A stretch of DNA of 63,711 nt, counting the filler, from Collodictyon triciliatum (lineage: Eukaryota): the NCBI GenBank assembly GCA_043381765.1. It is 12 parts of 12 records of this genome, joined end to end, with 100 filler letters (N's around TTAATTAATTAA, not from the genome) between each part and the next. Parts side by side here need not be neighbours in the genome. Positions count along the whole stretch, not along the records: positions 47,879 to 53,092 come from JBHJMP010005381.1; positions 53,193 to 58,401 come from JBHJMP010005382.1; positions 58,502 to 63,711 come from JBHJMP010005383.1; 9 more parts are not named here. One strand, given 5' to 3'. Numbering within the stretch: position 1 is the first letter of the stretch; every line of letters begins with the position of its first letter. This document shows, piece after piece, positions 52,297 to 63,711 of this stretch. The notes beneath the pieces were generated by a model. The model saw nothing but the letters and a program-made list of their open reading frames with translations. It searched no databases and was not told the DNA's origin. A program made the position numbers and the translations under genes.

Positions 52297-52966
52297 TTTT
52301 TATTTTGTTTAATTTTCTTTGCGTGTGGAAATAAATTTCCTGTCTCCAAGGTGCCAGCCTTCTTTTGCACTAACGCTACCTGGTGGCCGGGTGGCAGAGA
52401 AGTAGTCGGTAATCAGGAATTGAATCCTGCGGTTTGGCGTGTAGCCTGGGTCTTGTGCTTGCATGAGAGATACAAGGTGAGATTGAGTCTCTTTCTCAGC
52501 TTCTTTCCACATGTCTCTTCTCACAGGGTCTGAGTAGTATAGAACGTGCAGGTGGCGAAGGAAGCTATTGAGGAAAGAGATTTATATGATATCATTCAGC
52601 CTATTATCAGGAATAAGTGGCTGGTTGTCGAGTCTTGCTTTGCTTGAGTATATGCGCGCTATCCACATATTCCATAGCAAGTGGCCTCGCGTCACTGCCC
52701 AGAATGTATTTGCCTCTGGACGCAGCTGTTGCAGAGGCCCAAATATCGCCTGGATTGGGCCAACAGCCGCAGTCGTGTTGAGTGTCAGCCGAAAAATCTT
52801 GCTGGCTGCTTCGCGCAGGTTTTGAGCGAAGGGACATTGCACAAATGTGTGCTCTATGGATTCATCACCGTTGCTGCGCATATGCATTGTCGGGAGACTT
52901 TGCCAGCTTTTGCCGCGCATGTGCCTATCCATAGCTCCCTATTGGTGATATGAAGCAGCCAAAACA
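52297..52966 (-). mobile_element. LINE (L1/Tx1-like) ORF2 C-terminal relic with zinc-knuckle (zf-RVT-like)
   Basis: FWLLHITNRELWIG...RQCIC/DESIEHTFVQCPFA...LLWNMWIAR, with one frameshift and an internal TAA (52582-52584); ends in a stop and short A-rich tail. Confidence 0.75.
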
Positions 52967-52971
52967 ACATA

Positions 52972-53092
52972 TTTTTTTTATTCTTAAAGTCTGAGCTGTT
53001 GAGCCCGTCTCAACAATCTTTCATTCAACCATCAGGCAAGTAGTTCCAAAGTAGGTGGTGATGTGTGGGAGATAGAAAAGAAAAAACAGGGA
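52972..53092 (-). mobile_element. Second copy of the hairpin-poly(A) retroposon 3' end, abutting the LINE relic, cut by contig end
   Basis: GATTGTTGAGACGGGCTCAACAGCTCAGACTTTAAGAATAAAAAAAA aligns with GATTGTTGGCATGGGCGCCAACAGCTAAGTCTGTCGTGAATAAAA at 2430-2494(-). Confidence 0.7.
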
Positions 53093-53922
53093 NNNNNNNN
53101 NNNNNNNNNNNNNNNNNNNNNNNNNNNNNNNNNNNNTTAATTAATTAANNNNNNNNNNNNNNNNNNNNNNNNNNNNNNNNNNNNNNNNNNNNTTGTTTTT
53201 TTTGTTTTTTTTTGTGTGGGTATTTGATCGGTGTGCGGTTCTGGTGATCAAAGGGATGAATTAGACAGTATGATGTGAAATTCTGGACATCCGTAGCCGA
53301 AGAAGCGAAGCCCCATCGTATAGGGGCCAGGACGAAGAAAAGATACAGGTGGTACAGAATATTTGCGTAAGTGCCAATAAACATATGTAGGAAGATATTT
53401 AAAAGACAATTTTGGCAATAAATAGATTTTCAGATGTAACTGAGTATTTTTGTAACTTCAAAATTATGTACTCCACTTATATATATTCAAACGCGTTGGC
53501 AGCGTTGCAGCCGTTCTGCGGATTGGTGGTATATATACCTTGTCAAAAACCTTTCCCATCCGAAGTCCAGCGGACGACTCTTTAAAAGCCAACCACTAAA
53601 GCACCACTTGTCAACTGTTATATAAGGACTGGCCGCGCCGCCAACTTCATAAGAAGCAGTCAGAAAAACCCACATACAAGTCTATTGGGAGTCGGGCAGC
53701 TGAATCGACGGGGCAGAATACAATTGATGAATAGGGAGGCACGAGAGAGGACGGAACAGATACCGGGTCTCTCGAGTTCGCAAACAGATGGACAGTGCCC
53801 TGTGTGAGGGGGGAAAGCATAAGCGTGTCCACCTCGTCCTTTTTGTACCCCTCAAAGAACAGCGAATGAATGACATATGCTGACGCCATAACTCCCCGTT
53901 TCCTGCGCGTGGGATCATAGGA

Positions 53923-55222
53923 ATGAACCGCCTCACAGCCCTCGCCGTCTTTGTCTGCGTCGCTGTCCTTTCGGTATGTGCCTGACTCACCCACCCAACC
54001 TGCCTCTAATGCTCATGCCCGACCCTGTCTCCGTCTCCGCACTGTGCTGCGAACAACAGGTGCAGGAGTCGTTCTCCTCTGTCTTTGTTGTTCACTCTCG
54101 AAACCTTCCCATTTGCCACCCGCAGACCGCTGCGCTTGCTGCCCAGCAGGACACCGAGAATCAGCCAGGATCGGGAGAGCTCGTTCCCAGTAGGATACAT
54201 GATACGCACATACACACATACACACATACACACACACAAACGCATACAAACATACAGATATACATACACACACACACTCATATACATGCAAACTGAAATA
54301 CACACCCAAACCGCACAGCCAAGCCGCCCGTGACGTGGGCCCCTGCACACGCCAACAACTACAAGCCGGCCAACCGCGGCGTGGGCTCCATCAAGTACAT
54401 CGTGATCCACACAACGCAGGGCTCGTACCCGGGCTCCGTCTCGTGGTTCCAGAACCCGTCTGCGCAGGTCTCCGCACACTACACCATCAACAACCACAAC
54501 TGCGGCCGCTATGCCAGCTACAACCGCGGCTACCCGGACGGCCAGATCACCCAGTCGGTCTCGGACATCAACATCGCCTACCACGTGGCCAGCGCCAACA
54601 CCTACTCCATCGGCATCGAGCACGGTTTGCCCTTGCGTCCCGCACTCTGATTCTGACTGTGATCATGCCTGTGATTCCGACCATGGCCATGCCTAATTCT
54701 GACTCTCTGCAGCGGCCTACCTGGACCCCGCCAACGCATACCGAGGTGACCTCTGCCGCACATCCTCTCCTGCACCAGCACGCAAACAACCAAGGCGATC
54801 TTTACACTCGCACACTTACACTTACACTTACACTTACACTTACACATGCGCATACACATCCACATCCACATCCAGTTGTCGGCAGCTTCTCCACCGCCAT
54901 GTACGACTCGTCTGCCCGCCTCTCTGCCTACATCTGCTACGCCTACGGCATCGCTGTCAACCGCAACAACATCCTCGGCCATGTGGAGTCGTACAAGATC
55001 GGCGGCACCAGCGACCATCAGGTGGGCCCTCATTCTATCGCAAACCACACTTCACATATCGCGCGTGTGTCTGGATAATCTGTTCCTCACACCCCGAATC
55101 CCCACAAGGATCCCGGACCGTCGTGGGACTGGACAACATACATGAACCTGGTCAACCGCTACCGCAGCGCCTACGAGCTCGGCCTCATCGAGCCTCCCAA
55201 CGTCAAGCTCCCCGCAGCCTAA
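53923..55222 (+). CDS. Secreted N-acetylmuramoyl-L-alanine amidase (Amidase_2/AmpD-like), 6 exons
   Basis: Exons 53923-53973, 54126-54189, 54319-54624, 54713-54745, 54876-55021 and 55109-55222 splice in frame. Signal peptide MNRLTALAVFVCVAVLSTAALA; YIVIHTTQG, VSAHY, IAYHV, SIGIEH, ILGHVE, DHQDPGPSWDW. Confidence 0.92.
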
Positions 55223-55467
55223 GCCGGGCTGTGTGCCTGATAAATCGCGGCTGCGAAAGCCGTAGCAAATCGTGACAAAGAGCGACTCACCAGACAAAAC
55301 AAACAAACAAACAAACAAAAACAAACAAACAAAAACAAACAAACAAAAACAAACAAACAAACAAAAACAAACAAACAAGAAATAGAAACGGAGAGAGAAG
55401 GGAAAGGTGGGCCGAACTAAAGAAGGCAGGAAAGCAGGCACCAAGGCAAAGCGAAGCAGCAGAGGGC

Positions 55468-56635
55468 ATGAGCCAGCAGCAAGCGCAGCCGCCCAGCGCC
55501 ACGAGCACGGTCGAGTGTGCGAGCAGCGGGCCACAGGGCTACAGGGCCACTCCCGCCGCGCCGCTGCATCTCCAGACCCTCGCCCACCACGCCTACAGCC
55601 ACAGCCACAGCCACAGCCACAGCCACAGCCACACGACGTCATCCACGGCGTCCGTCGCCACAGCGGCCACCGGCAAAGCGCCCGCCGCCGCCGCCCTCAA
55701 GAGCCACCGCTGGCTCAGAGCCTCCGAGGCCGCCGACCTGATAGAAAGCATACACGCGCACGCCCCGTACCCGCTCCTGTCGAAGCCTCCAAACAAGCCG
55801 AAAGGTCTGCGGCAGAGCCCGGCAACAAAATCCCCCTCACTTGCCAATCCCACCCGCCTCCCCCGACAGACGCCCATCCCACCCACAGCACCTCTGTTCC
55901 TCGTGCCCAACACCCAACCGCCTTTTTTTCTTATTCTCCTCTTCTCTTATCCAAGGTGGGTCAATACTCTTTTACGACAAAACAAAAACCCGCGACTACA
56001 GAATCGATGGATATACATGGGAACGCAAGGCCAATATCAACGCTATCAAGGAATACCACGAAAAACTAAAGGTGTCTATTCACACCTCCCAAAATATGCA
56101 ACTGTTGCGCTCCGCCTTGATTACTTCTTATGTATATTCATATAATCACAGCTAAAATTCAGCATCGAATCTACTCTATAGCAAATCATCTCAAATGTCA
56201 GAATATAATAATTGTTTTACAACCGCCATGTGCCACATTCTCACAATTTTTTTTTTAAAAAATTGAACGAAACATAGGTAGACGGGCGAGTACTTATAAA
56301 CTGCACGTATAACTATCTCGAAGGAAACAGGTCTTTTCAAAGGAGGTTTTATTCTCTTGTTGAGCGCAGAACGCCCCAAATAGTCATTGCCCAATACATG
56401 AACGTCTCCACTCTGATAACCAATCCCAAGGAAGCTGCCCCAAAGCAATCACATGCTGATCCATACCATGAAATCTCTGGGTGCGCCCAAAATACCTTCA
56501 ATATTACATCGCAACACCAAGCAGAGAGCCACGCCGGCAGAGAATTAACCACTCAGCCGTAATATTCCGACACTATCCCTATTGATTCTTTTTCTCCCTT
56601 TTCTCAATATAAATAACCTTCCAACTTTTGTGTTA

Positions 56636-56701
<66 letters not shown>

Positions 56702-58123
56702 CTTTCCATTTTCTGTCGATTACTCATCATACAGAGTTTAGAATATGTAAGAATTTTTTTATGCGGTTCCATTCAAATTTTACATGATTTTAATCCAATT
56801 ACAAGGATAACATTATTTCCTGTAAATCATAGTAGGTCTATATTACAAGAATACTCTCTATTGGAGTCTTCAAAATTATGTTTTAGTGTAGAAAGACATT
56901 CTTCTGGTGCCGATTTCAATCACAGTAAAAATCCAACTACTGATGCATTCAACCCCATCAGTACTCTGTCACATGGACAGGTAAAAGATTCGGCTGGTAG
57001 TTTCGTGTGTAATCATGCGCTACCAATGGAATCTATTTCCCATGCCTCGTCACACAATTTGCTGTTGTCTGCGAAATATATGTCCCCAAACAAGCATACA
57101 ATATATTTTCATCCTACCACACACAACGAAATAAATGCAGCCGCTTCTCAAGAAAACGGCTGCACGACACCAGGAAGTCGTCAAACCAGTCTAAATCGAA
57201 ACACTTCCATTACAAATATCGGCAACACTTGTGCACCAAACACTTTATTGAATACAGACCAGATTCTGCAACGTGATAGCCACGAAGACGAAAATCAACC
57301 AGCTGAGAACGCAGTCCAACTGAATTTCCAAAATATGCAACCCGGTGTGAATGAAGATAATTGTACGCACGAAATGAATCAGAATCGGAATTTAAACCAG
57401 AATCACGTCGGACACCTGCATTCCTCTTCAATACTTACAAATCCACTTCTACAGCATCGATCGGGTGTTGTTCACGGTAAGGAGTTCTTCAGTCCATTTC
57501 ACTCACCAATATTTGGCGTTAAATATCGAGCGAAAAAAAAAAGCAGCACCAAATCTTCCACCTATATTTTAAAAAACCGTGTCATTTCTTTTAATCGAAT
57601 AAAGGGGAAAAAACATGTCATTTTTAATATATTTTAATACAAACCAATTCAACTTTCACGTTTGAATTTACCTCAAATATTTTATTTCAAAATTATAAGC
57701 ACCTCACCCCATTTCCGAGCCAAAGATTGGCCAGGAAATCCCCCCTAGCGACAATGATTTAAAAGCTCATAATAAAACTATTACATCCGAGCCATGTATT
57801 CCGCTACCCCCATCATGGGACTTTTCCATATTCAACCCGCAGTCCCAACGGTATAACCGAACGATGGATGGTATTCTTTTCCACCAATCCTTTTTACGCA
57901 AGTCCAATAGGCGAATATCATTAATATGCCAATATTTATGTAGAATCCCAAAGTATGTGGATGGGGGATTACTTCTACCACAATTCAATCGAACATGGAA
58001 TTTACTCTCTGGACGAGCTTGATCCGTTCGGATACTATGTCCAAAATGAGCAACCTGCTTTTGATATAATTCCAGCACAACCAATATCGGATGTCGGCGA
58101 CCAAAACCTGTCATCTTCTCGTG
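55468..58123 (+). CDS. CG-1 DNA-binding domain protein (CAMTA-like), 3'-truncated
   Basis: HRWLRASE...PPNKPKGGSILFYDK..RDYRIDGYTWERK....IKEYHEKLKVDG..LINCTY......FQRRFYSL......IVIAQYMNV matches the CG-1 consensus. Introns 55805-55955 and 56072-56277. Confidence 0.88.
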
Positions 58124-58686
58124 GTATGTCTGAGATATGCACTCTTATCGCGACGCGCATATTCTTTTTTTTTTTTATTTTGTCTTTTTTTTTTTCACTT
58201 GCTTAAATTTATTTGCCTCATTGGTTTGATCAAAATTTTACGAGAAACTTGCATTTTTACACAATCATGATTCGGTTATATATCTACTTATTTTTAATTT
58301 TTTTTGTATGTATGTATGTATGTATGTATGTATGTATGTATGTATGTATGTATGTATGTATGTATGTATGTATGTATGTATGTATGTATGTATGTATGTA
58401 TNNNNNNNNNNNNNNNNNNNNNNNNNNNNNNNNNNNNNNNNNNNNTTAATTAATTAANNNNNNNNNNNNNNNNNNNNNNNNNNNNNNNNNNNNNNNNNNN
58501 NAAAAAAGAAAAAAGAAAAAAGAAAAAAGAAAAAAGAAAAAAGAAAAAAGAAAAAAGAAAAAAGAAAAAAGAAAAAAGAAAAAAAGAAAAAAAGAAAAAA
58601 AAAGAAAAATCATAGAAATGAAAAGGAAGAAGAAAAGTATGATAGCGGGCATTACACTTTAGGAAAATCTAGCCCTCGTGCAACAT

Positions 58687-58711
58687 TTTTCCCCCTTTAT
58701 TCGATTCAAAG
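58687..58711 (-). mobile_element. 25-nt retroposon 3'-tip insertion with perfect 17-bp TSD
   Basis: TAGCCCTCGTGCAACAT at 58670-58686 and 58712-58728. The insert reverse complement CTTTGAATCGAATAAAGGG equals 20844-20862. Confidence 0.75.
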
Positions 58712-61083
58712 TAGCCCTCGTGCAACATAATAAGACCTGGATGGGTATCTATTCATTATCATCATCTATTTATCATTTCATGGTAACTCTTACAAAGACG
58801 TCCTGAGTGGAATGGGGGGTTTGACAAATTTCTTTGCAATCCCTCGCAAACGTCTTCGTGACTGGATGATTTTTAACTGTGGCTATGCACCTTTCAACCC
58901 AATCAATTTCACAAAATATCACACACCCGTCATATGGGGTTTCTTACATCAAAATAAGAGAGTAAAATAGATACAAGCTAAGAAAGAAAGAAGGAAAATA
59001 TAGGGATAAAGTAAACAAATGATAAAAATTCATATACAGAAAAACGATGTTTACTTATGTTTTAGTTCGAGCTTTGTTTTAAAACACTTTTTTATGCGAC
59101 TGATAATTTTACCCTTTTTCATCATCAAGAAAAAATAAAACAAACTGAAAGAGATTCACTACGAATAGTCATTCGTTTTGAGTCTTCATGTTAGACTTTT
59201 AAACCAATGACGATAGAATATTCCGTCTTATTTTCTGAAAAATACTCCTATCCTTTGGCTCATAAACAAAAACACATATGGCTTGGTTACCTACTCTTCA
59301 CAATACTCAACAGAAAAACCTCAGATTTCTAAAAGAAGATATAGAGAAAATCAACAACTTCCTTCATTCACTCATTGAAAGGAATAAAAAAGAATATGAA
59401 AAACATCAACCATGTTCCGTGTATTCATATCGAGGACTTATATAATATTGCCAACGAATTTTCTCCGCAGGGGTTTCAAGCGGGACTCGCCATACAGGGT
59501 TAATGGAGCCCCCTCCGAAAACGAGTTCTGCATCAACTCCTGGTGGAGCTGCGAACGAACCCAGAGCCTTGTGTCCCTCGCCCTTTTCTGGTGGAGACTG
59601 GAGAATAACTTGCGAGCCTTTTCTGGCGCAAAGCCAAACTCTCCGACGAAGGCGTTTCCAGGGCTCGTCAATTCATGTTAGTGTCTAACTAATTTTTCTA
59701 ACATCATGGAGGATTTACACTAATTCCTTCTACACAAAAGAAAAAAGACGAAAGGAAAGAAATTATATATACATATGTAGACACATTATTGGATATAATC
59801 ATGATTGCTCACTTTTTTTTTATCCGGTTCGATATATCATTCATTTTGCATTTGTAGCAATTTATTGAATAAATATAAAATAAACATTTGTGTAAATCGA
59901 TGAATAGAAAAATATACCTTTCGAAGCATTTTTCTAACAAAAACGCATTGAAATCATCCCAATAATTCCACTCTCAATGAACCAATGGGAAACATATGGA
60001 TTTTTGAAAGGAAGAACAAAGCATGTTATATAATACTTTCCTTAACCTTATATCAAATGATAAGGGGCTCTTCTTTACAGTAACCTAAAATTACACTGTA
60101 TTGTTAGACCTTGAACGAAGTTATATTTAAAAATAATAAGTATTGNNNNNNNNNNNNNNNNNNNNNNNNNNNNNNNNNNNNNNNNNNNNNNNNNNNNNNN
60201 NNNNNNNNNNNNNNNNNNNNNNNNNNNNNNNNNNNNNNNNNNNNNNNNNNNNNNNNNNNNNNNNNNNNNNNNNNNNNNNNNNNNNNNNNNNNNNNNNNNN
60301 NNNNNNNNNNNNNNNNNNNNNNNNNNNNNNNNNNNNNNNNNNNNNNNNNNNNNNNNNNNNNNNNNNNNNNNNNNNNNNNNNNNNNNNNNNNNNNNNNNNN
60401 NNNNNNNNNNNNNNNNNNNNNNNNNNNNNNNNNNNNNNNNNNNNNNNNNNNNNNNNNNNNNNNNNNNNNNNNNNNNNNNNNNNNNNNNNNNNNNNNNNNN
60501 NNNNNNNNNNNNNNNNNNNNNNNNNNNNNNNNNNNNNNNNNNNNNNNNNNNNNNNNNNNNNNNNNNNNNNNNNNNNNNNNNNNNNNNNNNNNNNNNNNNN
60601 NNNNNNNNNNNNNNNNNNNNNNNNNNNNNNNNNNNNNNNNNNNNNNNNNNNNNNNNNNNNNNNNNNNNNNNNNNNNNNNNNNNNNNNNNNNNNNNNNNNN
60701 NNNNNNNNNNNNNNNNNNNNNNNNNNNNNNNNNNNNNNNNNNNNNNNNNNNNNNNNNNNNNNNNNNNNNNNNNNNNNNNNNNNNNNNNNNNNNNNNNNNN
60801 NNNNNNNNNNNNNNNNNNNNNNNNNNNNNNNNNNNNNNNNNNNNNNNNNNNNNNNNNNNNNNNNNNNNNNNNNNNNNNNNNNNNNNNNNNNNNNNNNNNN
60901 NNNNNNNNNNNNNNNNNNNNNNNNNNNNNNNNNNNNNNNNNNNNNNNNNNNNNNNNNNNNNNNNNNNNNNNNNNNNNNNNNNNNNNCAGTTAAAATTATC
61001 AGAATCGTATTAAGAGTTCAAATAAAACACATGCAGCAACAGCACTAGCATGTGTGGGTTTATCATATTAACAGAAATTACAG

Positions 61084-63313
<2,230 letters not shown>

Positions 63314-63711
63314 CTTCTGCTATTCTTACCTGCTGCAGAAAAGAGGCGGAATCAAGCTAAAGAATGGGTTTGATCAATAGTTCATCTCAGCGCGAGGAGA
63401 AGTTAACTCTATGCTTGAAGCAACACGCAACCGTAATTCTTTCTTTCATTGTGTTGATCTTGTTGTCTGCGAAAGCAGCAGAATCGCGTTTCCTTTTTCC
63501 TACGATTTTGTGCTGTATTTTGTTTTTCTTTTCTTTTCTTCTTTTTTTTCTTTCCCCCTCCATAGGCGGTATATGAATACTTTCAAGCCATGAGTAAAAC
63601 GGAACAAGAAAAGAAAGGGTTTGTGTTCCTATAGCCATGATTAAAGAACGATATCAATGGGATATCGCATCCCCCGGCGATTATCATAGTTGGCAGCATC
63701 ATGTTATTTAT

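Noticed and set aside
53923-55222. Bacterial contaminant contig
   Set aside because: Five in-frame spliceosomal introns and physical linkage to a eukaryotic CG-1 gene.
5222-58501. Regularly spaced TTAATTAATTAA every ~5.3 kb, resembling an array or processing signal
   Set aside because: Always centred in exactly 44+44 Ns: an artificial six-frame-stop linker. The even spacing reflects similar-length contigs, so no cross-linker gene cluster can be inferred.

Overview
Intron-rich microbial eukaryote (protist-like) DNA read with the standard code and GT-AG introns. The window is not contiguous: it holds 12 contigs of about 5.2 kb joined by artificial 100-nt linkers (N44-TTAATTAATTAA-N44), so neighbourhoods across linkers mean nothing and most genes are truncated. 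Recognisable spliced genes: a double ZZ-finger protein, a RING/B-box/B-box/coiled-coil (TRIM-like) protein, an R2R3-type MYB, a multipass membrane protein, a SAPS/PPP6R-family protein, PWP1, a 54x16-aa repeat protein with an ASPM-like C-terminus, GNPTAB-like Stealth phosphotransferase, a NACHT-TPR protein, NOM1/SGD1, a secreted bacterial-type peptidoglycan amidase and a CG-1 (CAMTA-like) factor. Also present are tRNA-Gln(TTG), a kinase pseudogene and several non-LTR retroposon relics. The most notable observations are: (1) a NACHT receptor-like gene built from 126-nt one-TPR-per-exon cassettes, two of them splice-inactivated, with variable residues and a CaaX end; (2) an intron-containing, probably horizontally acquired amidase; (3) tiny 5'-truncated retroposon insertions with target-site duplications and a 3' hairpin showing compensatory base changes. 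All family calls come from motif recognition by eye; no database searches were run.
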